IMG/VR virus record: IMGVR_UViG_3300014932_000216
Coordinates: 1 to 52,533 of that record
Reading direction: 5' to 3' (one strand)
DNA length: 52,533 nucleotides
Origin: a virus
Taxonomy: Duplodnaviria; Caudoviricetes
Shown here: one piece after another, positions 9,559 through 18,424 of the stretch
Numbering within the stretch: position 1 is the first letter of the stretch
How the letters are laid out: each line of letters opens with the position of its first letter
Made by a program: the position numbers and the translations under genes
Notes under the pieces: model-generated
What the model saw: the letters and a program-made list of their open reading frames with translations, nothing else
The model's database searches: none
What the model was told of the DNA's origin: nothing

Positions 9559-10806
9559 TTATGCTGTTGGGGATTTGAATAGTTTGAAAGCATCTTCAAA
9601 AGTTATCTCCGTAGCTGGCAATTCATACCCTATATCTGTTCTCATAAGAAACAACTGACCGTTTTGGAATTCAGTACACAGGCCAAGCCAATGCCCAAAC
9701 TCGCACGCCACTTTCTCATCACTTACGCCGGAAGTGGAGAGGCGGGATTTGACGAAAGAAATAAACTTTTTTAAATTCCAATTAGGAATATGAGGCATAC
9801 TCATATCGGCATGAAAGTCGCTTTCTATCTTATCCCAGTCCACAACCTTATCGGCTTGCTCACACATAAATATCGCCGTATTTACCATTTGCTCAAATGT
9901 CTGTCCAGTTGTATTTATGCCAAGTTTTTTAAACTTTTCAATTTGCCTATTCATTTCAATTGTAAGATATTTGAACGTATGGCTTTCAGAAACCTTATCG
10001 GCTTGCTTGTAGGATCTTAATTGCTCTAATTCCAATAGCTTTCCTTGCAGTAATTTTACTGCATCATAACTGCCGCGAACATACATATCCCCGCTACCGT
10101 CGCCTACTCCAATGGTAGCCCCCGCACTCACCCCATGCGACACTTCTGGCTTATGTTGAGATAGGGCGGTGTGGTAATATTTTGCATACTCCGTACAAAG
10201 CCTATTCTGCGCAAAATCATGGTAGCTCTGACCTTTGTAGTTTGATTTAAACCATTCAGGGAAATTCATTACTTCGCTCGGCACATCAGCGGGTTTACTT
10301 GGGGTATCACTCATTTTTGAGAATATGTCCAATATCTCACCTTCTTGGGGTGGTACAATTTCCAGCGCAATAAATCCGGATTCTAGGCGGGGTGAAGATA
10401 TACAACACACTTCACAGCAATCACAAGCCTGATTATATAATGTTGAATGACATTGCATCTCGCACCACACCTCCCCATCTGGATTCTCGCAGTACATCTT
10501 CATAAACTCGGGGGATATTGGCGGCAGTCCTTCGATGGTGGGGTAGGCGGCTTCGATGCGCTGACAACCGTTTTTTACACAATATTTCTCCGCCTTATGT
10601 GCGGTATAATCGCTAAATACATCATCTCCTTCATTGAATGCGCGGTCGGAAAGTAGCAGGAATTGTTGTGGCAAATCAATATTAATATACGGATCTTCTC
10701 CAACTATATACAATCTGCCAAATATTGCGCCTTTGCATAAATTACCGGCTTCTACTTCTACAGGGTCCATCCCGATCAAAACGGGTGTTAATTTTAGTTT
10801 GCTCAT
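9559..10806 (-). CDS. Hypothetical mosaic protein
   Basis: 415-aa ORF of short modules joined by repeated linkers (QADKV twice). Confidence 0.7.
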   Translation of the reverse strand: MSKLKLTPVLIGMDPVEVEAGNLCKGAIFGRLYIVGEDPYINIDLPQQFLLLSDRAFNEGDDVFSDYTAHKAEKYCVKNGCQRIEAAYPTIEGLPPISPEFMKMYCENPDGEVWCEMQCHSTLYNQACDCCEVCCISSPRLESGFIALEIVPPQEGEILDIFSKMSDTPSKPADVPSEVMNFPEWFKSNYKGQSYHDFAQNRLCTEYAKYYHTALSQHKPEVSHGVSAGATIGVGDGSGDMYVRGSYDAVKLLQGKLLELEQLRSYKQADKVSESHTFKYLTIEMNRQIEKFKKLGINTTGQTFEQMVNTAIFMCEQADKVVDWDKIESDFHADMSMPHIPNWNLKKFISFVKSRLSTSGVSDEKVACEFGHWLGLCTEFQNGQLFLMRTDIGYELPATEITFEDAFKLFKSPTA

Positions 10807-10816
10807 GTTGTGTGTT

Positions 10817-11203
10817 TTAAATTTCTGTGATTGTAATACCTAACTCCTTTTTCATCATTTTACATTTCAACCTGTATGCCGGCAGTCTCTTTGTGGCTTT
10901 GCTTTTCACATCTTCAACAACAATCAATCCGCTTTTATCTACATACTGAAAGTCGGCGAAATATTTGCAAACACTTAACTGAAAGCATACCTGCAATTGC
11001 AATTCCGATATTTCACCGATGCATTGTAATAACTTCAATTCGCTATATCGACACGCCTCCTTTTTTGAATCAAACACTATCCCGTCAGAGCTGGTTTTTT
11101 GGCTGCGATATTTACTAACCTTTGGCGCTTTATCGGTCGGCAATCCGGTTACCTTCATTCCTCGGCCGGCTAGTTTCTGTATGGCGGATAAATCCCACTT
11201 CAT
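10817..11203 (-). CDS. DUF1064-like PD-(D/E)XK nuclease
   Basis: KYRSQKT..DGIVFDSKKEA, YFADFQY and VVEDVK motifs. Confidence 0.85.
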   Translation of the reverse strand: MKWDLSAIQKLAGRGMKVTGLPTDKAPKVSKYRSQKTSSDGIVFDSKKEACRYSELKLLQCIGEISELQLQVCFQLSVCKYFADFQYVDKSGLIVVEDVKSKATKRLPAYRLKCKMMKKELGITITEI

Positions 11204-11336
11204 TTGATAGCTTTTAATATTTCGTTCATAATGGCAAAATCAAAAACCTCACGCAGCAACAATTCATACTTTCTTATCGGAAACATTATGTACAAGTCGA
11301 AAACGAAATACAGGAAGTAGGCTAGTATGGTTTGTT

Positions 11337-11564
11337 TCATTTTATTTTCGCTTCATTGAAAAGGTTAATCAATTTCCTGCCGGTCGTAGGGTATGCTGTT
11401 ATTCCGTTCTTCATAAACACCTCGAACGCCTGCATGAATTGTAGCATCTTGGCGGGGTCGTAGCTGGCGCCGTAAGTGTTGTTGATGGCGGACAATATCA
11501 ATCCGTCCGACACGCTGTTTAGTAAATTTTCTATGTCTGTGTATTTTTCTTCGTTCTGCTTCAT
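11337..11564 (-). CDS. Hypothetical protein
   Basis: Co-oriented ORF with an A-rich leader. Confidence 0.55.
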   Translation of the reverse strand: MKQNEEKYTDIENLLNSVSDGLILSAINNTYGASYDPAKMLQFMQAFEVFMKNGITAYPTTGRKLINLFNEAKIK

Positions 11565-11592
11565 TTTATTAAGTTTTTAATAGATTGTACGG

Positions 11593-11808
11593 TTATAATT
11601 GAACCGCATCCGCCGTCGTTACCATCATCTTTTTATACACCTTCTTTTTGTGACTTGGTGGGTATCTTTCAAACCACACATTAGGTATCATTTGGTTAAT
11701 GATATGGTTTACCTCTTCGTCGGGCGGCTTGCTGCGGATTATCGCGCAGATTTCGTGAAATGATAGGTGTGTTATTCTCATATCGCTTTCCTCCTTTCGA
11801 TATAACAT
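11593..11808 (-). CDS. Hypothetical protein
   Basis: Co-oriented ORF; the likely start is MRITH, overlapping the upstream stop. Confidence 0.5.
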   Translation of the reverse strand: MLYRKEESDMRITHLSFHEICAIIRSKPPDEEVNHIINQMIPNVWFERYPPSHKKKVYKKMMVTTADAVQL

Positions 11809-12317
11809 TTGCGCTCCGGCACATACACCCGTTCATGCGTGGCAGGATTAAATGGATTTCGCAGCGCAATAGTGCTGTTTTGGTTTATCAACCCTTTGCC
11901 GGCTAACATAGGGCCGTGCTGCGTTGCCTGCGTCGCCATGGGTTTCTTTTTGAGTATCGGCATTTTTATAGTTTTAGTTTTGATCAGTTTTGCTTTTTTC
12001 ACCTTACCAACTCTTATCGGCTCCATGCGCTTTCCGGCTGTCTTGGTGAACCTGATACGCATGTTGTCGGGTAGTTCTTTATTCATCAGGAACACCCATG
12101 TACGGAGCGTAGGAACAGGAATACCGATGTGCGATGCAATATCTTTCGATAGTGATGTTTTACAGTTGGCATGGACATACCCCAGCCATGAAAACTTTTC
12201 ACCCGTCCGGCAAACATTATCACAGTAGTTCTTTTTGAACTTACCGATATGGCACGGACGTAGCTTTATTGGTTTGTCGCATGTTGTGCAGGTTGTATGT
12301 GTTGTGGCGGGTTTCAT
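11778..12317 (-). CDS. Basic Cys-containing putative DNA-binding protein
   Basis: CxxC...CxxxC motifs, an HTH-like SKDIASHIGIPVPTLRTW segment, and ATGA coupling to the methyltransferase. Confidence 0.6.
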   Translation of the reverse strand: MKPATTHTTCTTCDKPIKLRPCHIGKFKKNYCDNVCRTGEKFSWLGYVHANCKTSLSKDIASHIGIPVPTLRTWVFLMNKELPDNMRIRFTKTAGKRMEPIRVGKVKKAKLIKTKTIKMPILKKKPMATQATQHGPMLAGKGLINQNSTIALRNPFNPATHERVYVPERKCYIERRKAI

Positions 12318-13099
12318 GTTGCTGGGTTTGGGGTGAGTGTGGATTCTATCGCTTTGAATATTTCGTAGGCTATTTGTGGGACTATGGCGTTGCCTAAGGC
12401 TTTAACTCTGTCCATCCAATCGGGTAGCCCATCATCTGCTCTAATAAGTTCGGATTCACTTTCAGCCGAATATCCTGTGGTAAATTCTCTCTGGTTGAAC
12501 AGATGCGCCTGGCTATCCGCCCCCCCTTGTCTATACTTGAAAGTGTTTTTGGCAACCCCACATCTTTCCATTCCATAGCTGACGGGGTGGGCAATAATCC
12601 ACACCCTTTCCCGCTTGTGATTCGTCCCAACGCTTGCAGATGGAATAATAAACGGAATGACGGCGTAATTAATATCTTCCAGGTCAGAGCATATTCTTTC
12701 GATAACCATTCCTTCTGAAATATTAATAAGTCCATATACATTTTCGGCCAGGAACACTTTGGGGCGTATTGCATCAACTGCGGCAAACATGAAATCCCAT
12801 AAGAAACGTTCGTCTTTTTCGCCTTTCCTTTTCCCGACTTGGCTGAATGGCTGGCAAGGGAATCCACCTGTGATAATGTTGATTTTATCTCTATATTGAA
12901 CAAAGTCTGTTGTTTTAATGTCTCCATGTTGTATGCAGTTTGGAAAATGTTTTTTTGTTACTTTATTGCAGAATTCGTCAATCTCAACGCTTGCTACATT
13001 CTCCCAGCCCATCCAATGCGCTGCGAGTTGAAATCCGCCAATTCCGTTAAATAGCGATAGGTGCTTCATATTTGTTTTTTGATCGTTAAAAATCTTCAC
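12314..13099 (-). CDS. DNA (cytosine-5) methyltransferase, large (alpha) polypeptide
   Basis: Motifs I (SLFNGIGG), IV (GFPCQ), VI (ENV), VIII (RERVWI) and X (LGNAIVPQ) are present and motif IX is absent. The likely start is MKHL. Confidence 0.92.
   Translation of the reverse strand: MKIFNDQKTNMKHLSLFNGIGGFQLAAHWMGWENVASVEIDEFCNKVTKKHFPNCIQHGDIKTTDFVQYRDKINIITGGFPCQPFSQVGKRKGEKDERFLWDFMFAAVDAIRPKVFLAENVYGLINISEGMVIERICSDLEDINYAVIPFIIPSASVGTNHKRERVWIIAHPVSYGMERCGVAKNTFKYRQGGADSQAHLFNQREFTTGYSAESESELIRADDGLPDWMDRVKALGNAIVPQIAYEIFKAIESTLTPNPAT
12394..12927 (-). CDS. Overlapping-frame beta polypeptide of the C5 methyltransferase
   Basis: Nested alternative frame encoding LLPTP and VNPNLLEQMMGYPIGWT, which is motif IX-like. 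Confidence 0.7.
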   Translation of the reverse strand: METLKQQTLFNIEIKSTLSQVDSLASHSAKSGKGKAKKTNVSYGISCLPQLMQYAPKCSWPKMYMDLLIFQKEWLSKEYALTWKILITPSFRLLFHLQALGRITSGKGCGLLPTPSAMEWKDVGLPKTLSSIDKGGRIARRICSTRENLPQDIRLKVNPNLLEQMMGYPIGWTELKP

Positions 13100-13136
13100 C
13101 TAAACAACTCCTTTTGTAACACTCTCAATCCCGGTA

Positions 13137-13418
13137 TCATCGCGTACAACTCGCATCTTTGAACCTGTTCAACTTTCTCAATTGATTCCTACTTTCAATC
13201 GGTAAGTTTGAAATATGCCATTCAACCAATTCTTGACGGGCTACATTGCCATCAGCTAACATATGCTGACACCATAACTCCCAATAATCCATTTGCTCCA
13301 ATTCACGCTGTAATGGTGGTGTAGGGGTATATTGCCTTATTGGGGTGTTTGTCGCGAATAGTGTTTGTTGGTTCATATATTTTTCAAAATGTTCGTTGTC
13401 GATTATTATGTGGGTCAT
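13137..13418 (-). CDS. Hypothetical protein
   Basis: Co-oriented 93-aa ORF. Confidence 0.5.
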   Translation of the reverse strand: MTHIIIDNEHFEKYMNQQTLFATNTPIRQYTPTPPLQRELEQMDYWELWCQHMLADGNVARQELVEWHISNLPIESRNQLRKLNRFKDASCTR

Positions 13419-13449
13419 AGGGTTTTACTCGTTTGAATTATTGAGGTTG

Positions 13450-13980
13450 CTATTCGGTAAGGTTTAGCGATTTACCGAAAGTCATATCTCGGCACAGTAT
13501 GTATTTTGCGCGGTAGCAGTGATTCGGGGATAGTCCCGCATATGGGTCTATTTGGATGAAGTTATTGCGCTGCCACAAAAGCATATCACTATCATCATCG
13601 AAAATCACGTATTCTTTAAAGTCACTGCCAGTTGATACGCCTAACATTTCAGTATGTTGCTGAATCCACAGATAAATTTCATTTCCCCTTAAAGCCCCTT
13701 CATAATGCAATATGGGTGTATATGCAATTATCTCCCCAATGAATCCTTTCTTTTCTAACAATGACTGCATGTATGGCATTGTATTACCCATACGCCATGT
13801 GGAACTTAAAACAACTTTTGCACCCGTTTCCTCTATTAATGAGTTAAGAAAGATAATTGATTCACTGTCTAGTTGATGTAAGTGATAATCTTCCTTGGAG
13901 TCACCTTCATTATTTCCCCTATTTGTATAAAACAGTTGGCTATTGAGAACACCATCTATATCAAGGAAGATTATTTTCAT
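13450..13980 (-). CDS. HAD-superfamily phosphatase (Swiss-Army-Knife RNA repair type)
   Basis: IIFLDIDGVLN, VVLSSTWR, RGNEI and YVIFDDDSD motifs. Confidence 0.85.
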   Translation of the reverse strand: MKIIFLDIDGVLNSQLFYTNRGNNEGDSKEDYHLHQLDSESIIFLNSLIEETGAKVVLSSTWRMGNTMPYMQSLLEKKGFIGEIIAYTPILHYEGALRGNEIYLWIQQHTEMLGVSTGSDFKEYVIFDDDSDMLLWQRNNFIQIDPYAGLSPNHCYRAKYILCRDMTFGKSLNLTE

Positions 13981-14036
13981 ACTCGTTATTTTTGTTTTAC
14001 GTTTATTATTTCCATTGGGTTGGGTCGTATCGGCGG

Positions 14037-15551
14037 TTATGATTCATCGTCCCAGTTAACGTTATTCCCGGATTCAGACGGGTTGCGGTATGTCTGGTAA
14101 TTACCTGTGATAAATGAAGCTGGAACACTTTGGTTCATATCTTCCAAATTCATCCACCGTTGAATAGAGAAGTTTGTTTTCAGCTCCACCGATGTTGTTT
14201 CACCGTCCTTATTCTTAGCGACAATGATGTGGGTTTTTACTGTCAATTGTCCGCCCGGCTCCTGTATCTGTTCATGCCAAATCAAAAGAATTACCTGTGC
14301 ATCCTGTTCGAGCTGGCCAGAGTTTCTAAGGTCTGTTGTTTGTGGTTTATCGCTCCCTCTTTTACCCACTTCCCGGTTAAGCTGAGCTAATCCAATTATG
14401 ATAATATCTAGCTCAGTACCTAGTTTTTTAAATGCTTGGCTAATCCTTGAAACCCTCGCTTCGTCATTCAAGTTGCCGGGAACGGTTATTAATTGGAGGT
14501 AGTCTATACCGACTATAAAAGGTAGTCCTTGTTTGCCCTTCGGGGTCTTCGTGTATTTTTTATGAGCGTTACGGATCGCGGCAACAATAGCATTTAGGTT
14601 TTGTGTCTTGTCGTCTATACGAATTGGCATACGGGAAAACTCAGCCATATATCGCATCATTAGTTGGTCTTGAAATTCATTGGTGCTACCTTCCCTGATA
14701 TTCTTTAGCGGCACACTACATTTTGACGCCGCGAACCTGCGGCCCAGATTTACCTTTGAACTTTCTATTGAGAAAATAAGAACCTCCCCAGCGGCACTAA
14801 CCTTACTTTCAACCGCATTTTGAGCAAAATTGAGCAATAGCGCCGTTTTCCCTTGGCTTGGCCTCGCACCCAACATTATAAAATCCCCTTTACATAATCC
14901 AAGCAAAACCCGGTTTAATTCCACAAAGCCTGTATCTACCCCTAATAGTTCCGATTTGCGCTGCTTCTGCTCTTCGATACCCATTAGCACCTCTTGGAAG
15001 ATTTCACCTAATGGCGCGGCTGTATTGCCCTGTATTATGCCATCCCGCAACTCCTGTACCTGCGTATCAATTCTGTCGAGTAAATCAAATACATCGGTTG
15101 AATCTTCGTAGGCGTCGCCGATAACAGCCCCACTGATCCTGATAAGCTCCCGCTGTATGAATTTCTCCATAACAATCCGGGCGTGCGTTTGAACGTGAGC
15201 GGAAGTAAGTACAGCTTGTGTTAATCTTGTCAGGTAGTAAGCGCCGCCAATAATCTCCAATTCATTCCGTTTACGCAGTTGCTCTGTTATGGTTAGTAGA
15301 TCCACCGGGCTACCTTCGTTGTGAAGCTCACAGCAAGCGGAGTAAATCTTTTGGTGAGCATCCATGTAGAAACATTCGGGGCTTTGTAGTATTTCCATCA
15401 CCTGCTCGAATGCGTCACGTTCCAGCATACACGCGCCTAATACGGCCTCTTCAAGTTCAATCGATTGTGGTGGCACCTTACCCCATACAAGCGTGTTTAG
15501 GTCTGGTTTGCGGCTGCGGGTTGAGTAATCTTTTTTTATGTTGACTGCCAT
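14037..15551 (-). CDS. dnaB: Replicative DNA helicase
   Basis: VPPQSIELEEAVLG, Walker A GARPSQGKT, IDYLQL, AQLNR and DLRNSGQLEQDA. Confidence 0.95.
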   Translation of the reverse strand: MAVNIKKDYSTRSRKPDLNTLVWGKVPPQSIELEEAVLGACMLERDAFEQVMEILQSPECFYMDAHQKIYSACCELHNEGSPVDLLTITEQLRKRNELEIIGGAYYLTRLTQAVLTSAHVQTHARIVMEKFIQRELIRISGAVIGDAYEDSTDVFDLLDRIDTQVQELRDGIIQGNTAAPLGEIFQEVLMGIEEQKQRKSELLGVDTGFVELNRVLLGLCKGDFIMLGARPSQGKTALLLNFAQNAVESKVSAAGEVLIFSIESSKVNLGRRFAASKCSVPLKNIREGSTNEFQDQLMMRYMAEFSRMPIRIDDKTQNLNAIVAAIRNAHKKYTKTPKGKQGLPFIVGIDYLQLITVPGNLNDEARVSRISQAFKKLGTELDIIIIGLAQLNREVGKRGSDKPQTTDLRNSGQLEQDAQVILLIWHEQIQEPGGQLTVKTHIIVAKNKDGETTSVELKTNFSIQRWMNLEDMNQSVPASFITGNYQTYRNPSESGNNVNWDDES

Positions 15552-16318
15552 TACTTTTTCAGGTTGTTTCTATGCCATGCCAAAATGCACAGATAAGGTG
15601 AACGATATTTTTTTAAATACTGCTTGTTGTTCTCGATTTGCAAAAGCATATCCAAACACTCTTCTTTTGGGATAACCGTAGTTATCCCCTTGCTATTCGG
15701 GAGCAATCCGCGTAGGATGAAAAGCTGCTTAATGGTGATTGGTATTTCCATCTTTGCAACCGTAGGCGTGTTTTCGTCCATCCATGCCTTGAAACTCTCA
15801 AATGATTTTACCTGAGCTTCATTAGGAATAAATTCATTTTTCTTTTTCGCCGTAGGCGGCAAAACTCCTTCCTTTCCTTTCCCTTCCCTTCCCTTCCCTT
15901 CCCCATCTATTACAAGACTTGGAATAGTCTTTAACAAGTCTTGTGGTTGACTTGCGGGCAATAAGGACGGTTTTTCGTTGTACCCGTCTATCTTCTGGTG
16001 CTTCAAAAAGTTGACGATTTCAATACAGTTTAGTTCGGTTGTAGGCTGCTCTGGGGGTAATATCCTATCCGTGATATTTGCATTACCCTTGTACCTAATG
16101 ATGAACCCTTTCGATTGTAAATCATTCAATGCTTTTTCTACATCCATATTGTCGTACGGGAAAACATCTGCCTTTATTCTCTTTGGCCTATCTTCCAACC
16201 TTCCGGATCTATCCGCTAAAGTCCACAACCCAATAAAAAGTAGTCGCGACATTGCTGGTAATTCCGCAAGCTGCTCATTCTTAAAAAATTCAGGTTTAAT
16301 CGTTCTTATTCGTGCCAT
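15551..16318 (-). CDS. Phage replication initiator / replisome organiser
   Basis: MARIRTIKPEFF...RLLFIGLWTLAD N-terminus, GKGREGKG linker, and coupling to dnaB. Start revised to 16318. Confidence 0.8.
   Translation of the reverse strand: MARIRTIKPEFFKNEQLAELPAMSRLLFIGLWTLADRSGRLEDRPKRIKADVFPYDNMDVEKALNDLQSKGFIIRYKGNANITDRILPPEQPTTELNCIEIVNFLKHQKIDGYNEKPSLLPASQPQDLLKTIPSLVIDGEGKGREGKGKEGVLPPTAKKKNEFIPNEAQVKSFESFKAWMDENTPTVAKMEIPITIKQLFILRGLLPNSKGITTVIPKEECLDMLLQIENNKQYLKKYRSPYLCILAWHRNNLKK
15867..15904. repeat. Pyrimidine-tract tandem repeat (CCCTT/CCTTT)n inside the initiator gene; candidate origin region
   Basis: ccttcctttcctttcccttcccttcccttcccttcccc; origins of lambdoid phages usually lie within the initiator gene. 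Confidence 0.4.
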
Positions 16319-16541
16319 TTTTATAAGTAGGTTTATTAGGAAAAATTTCTGTCTCCCCAGTAACAGGCGCATACACTACAAAGTATCTACCCATAAATCC
16401 GGTACCCGATCTCGAATGGCGCTTTATCGCTTTGTAGTTAAGATTTAAAACAGAGCAAAGATGCTTTAGGTGAAAGAACAAATAGCAACCACCTGTCTTT
16501 TCATCCATAAGTATTCCGCGCCTAAAGTTTCCTTTATCCAT
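16296..16541 (-). CDS. Hypothetical protein
   Basis: Fills the gap between the HNH gene and the initiator, overlapping the latter. Confidence 0.5.
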   Translation of the reverse strand: MDKGNFRRGILMDEKTGGCYLFFHLKHLCSVLNLNYKAIKRHSRSGTGFMGRYFVVYAPVTGETEIFPNKPTYKNGTNKND

Positions 16542-16542
16542 A

Positions 16543-16959
16543 CTACCCGCAGTTTATTTCTATTTCCAGATCGTGCAATTCCTTTATTATACTCCAGCTA
16601 AATGAATTTTGGTGGTGGTACCCATCGCTGTCTTTTGTTTGGGACTCAACCGAAAAAGGATCGCAGGCAAAGAGACGGCAGTCGCCCATATTGTTCTTTA
16701 TTTTCAAAACCTTAGCGACATAATCTAGGTCCTTTATGTTATGCAAAAGTCCGTGACAATCTTCGCACACTGTTTTTAGCGCGCGGTTTGGAGCATCCCA
16801 TGGTTCGCCAGTGTATTTCTCATGGTGTACATGTAGCTGAGATTTATCATCCCCGCATAAGGTACATTTCCATTGATCTCTGTTGAGAATTTCTAATCTG
16901 CGCTTTTGCCAGCGCACGTCTTTGAGTTTGTCCGAATAGGACTGGTTTTGATTAAGCAT
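16543..16959 (-). CDS. HNH endonuclease
   Basis: WQKRRLEILNRDQWKCTLC, LHVHH and VCEDCH. Start revised to MLNQ at 16959. Confidence 0.85.
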   Translation of the reverse strand: MLNQNQSYSDKLKDVRWQKRRLEILNRDQWKCTLCGDDKSQLHVHHEKYTGEPWDAPNRALKTVCEDCHGLLHNIKDLDYVAKVLKIKNNMGDCRLFACDPFSVESQTKDSDGYHHQNSFSWSIIKELHDLEIEINCG

Positions 16960-17010
16960 ATTTCGCGGATTTTTGATTGTGAAAGAAAGGAAACTGAAAT
17001 GTATGGACAC

Positions 17011-17073
17011 GCCGGTAGGGTGCCAGAATCCGCGAAGAAACTAACAACCCCGTGCAGGGCGACCCTAACCGAC
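17011..17073 (-). ncRNA. Candidate C4/CI-like antisense RNA
   Basis: A closing stem (GTCGGTTAGGGTCGCC / GGCACCCTACCGGC) encloses TTCGCGGATTC, which is complementary to sites at 17127-17137 and 16962-16971. Confidence 0.5.
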
Positions 17074-17268
17074 TTATCTTGAGTGATATTTGTTTGCAAT
17101 TGGCACGGAATTGAGATTGTTTGAATTTCGCGGATTCGACCCCGAAGATACGAAAACAATAGCTTTCAGCCAAAAAAATGTTAACCATAATCTAAAGAAT
17201 TTTGTTACCTTTATTTCTCCCGAATATTGGCACAAAAGTTGTTTAGGCTATTGTACCTTTTAATCAAT

Positions 17269-17310
17269 AGCTCTGGTAGGACTGCAATCCAATAATCCAG
17301 AGCTTTTTTT
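17269..17310 (+). terminator. Intrinsic terminator-like hairpin antisense to the early operon
   Basis: AGCTCTGG...CCAGAGCT followed by a T run. Confidence 0.5.
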
Positions 17311-17348
17311 ATTTCCTCGCGGGCTGTTAGCTATTGCGGGGGATTTTT

Positions 17349-18365
17349 TTATGCTTCTTTTAAAAGAAATTTATTGCTTATCACCTTAAAGGAAATATTC
17401 CGGTTGTGACTGCGAATTACAAGCCCTTCACGCTCCGTATTTTGATTTATAATACTCTTCCCTTCCGCAGATGCAATAAGTGTCTCTATTGTGTCGGGAA
17501 GCGAATAGGATTCAAAAAGGAATGGCACACTATCGAGGCAAAGTATATTTAACAGGGCGCGGAAGTTTTCATAATCCAGGTACTCTTGTTTATCTATGTT
17601 GTAGGCGTTGAAAAATCTAACGCTATGCCCCTTTATTTTATAAGGGTTGCCTTGTATTCCTTCGCCTATAAGCTCACCTTGCAGGGCGTAATTTCCTAGG
17701 CTAGAAAGTTTAGTTTCTAAATCTAGGTCCCGCGCCATCTTCCAAAAAGTATTATCAGGCGTTTCGATCAGGTCAATATTCCGGCTGCAAACTCCAAAAA
17801 AATTATTATTGTTGTAGAATGTCGCGCTGCTGCCGTCCAGCTTTTCAGTAACATAAAATGTATTGGTCTTAAAATTTTCATAAACTGGCGAAAGGTTTTG
17901 TATTCTCTCTTCGTCTGTTTTTGGTATAAATAAGGGGAATGAACTGCGCATAATTCCGGCAAGCTGCGCCGGTATAGGCATTTCATATTTCCACACCCCG
18001 AGCGTTTCGGTAATATCATCACCAACCTGCAAAGTGTTGTAAACGCCGTTATCTATCAAACCTTTCAGGTAAGACAATGGAAGTATCAACCCTTGTGACA
18101 CCTGCCCGCGCAATTTTATTGTTTTCAGTCGGAATCCTTCTTTGCCATTCATTTTCTTGAATGAGGATTTGCGGAGAAATTCAAATTCCTCGCGGACTGG
18201 TAAAAGGCTGTCTATTTCAAAATAAATAGCCTTGTCGCCTATTTTAAATTCACCTTTTTTGACTACCAATTTCCATGCGTTTATGGTAGCCACTTCGATA
18301 AGGTCTGCGCCCTCTATCGGTTGTAGGTCTGCAACGACCTGAATTGATGCTAATTTTCTTTCCAT
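17349..18365 (-). CDS. ATP-dependent RNA ligase, DRB0094-like (Rnl2-type fold)
   Basis: RKLASIQ..PIEGADLIE, LRGQVSQG, FIPKTDEERIQN, adenylation motif EKLDGSS, QGELIG, REGLV and SFKVIS. Confidence 0.9.
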   Translation of the reverse strand: MERKLASIQVVADLQPIEGADLIEVATINAWKLVVKKGEFKIGDKAIYFEIDSLLPVREEFEFLRKSSFKKMNGKEGFRLKTIKLRGQVSQGLILPLSYLKGLIDNGVYNTLQVGDDITETLGVWKYEMPIPAQLAGIMRSSFPLFIPKTDEERIQNLSPVYENFKTNTFYVTEKLDGSSATFYNNNNFFGVCSRNIDLIETPDNTFWKMARDLDLETKLSSLGNYALQGELIGEGIQGNPYKIKGHSVRFFNAYNIDKQEYLDYENFRALLNILCLDSVPFLFESYSLPDTIETLIASAEGKSIINQNTEREGLVIRSHNRNISFKVISNKFLLKEA

Positions 18366-18424
18366 TGTTTTTTTTTATTTTTACTCTCCTTTAAAAACTA
18401 ACTCCCTAACTTTTATCGGGGGTG

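Noticed and set aside
16893-17188. ORFs 16893..17159 and 16952..17188
   Set aside because: They overlap each other and the HNH start, and the region is better explained as a promoter plus structured RNA.
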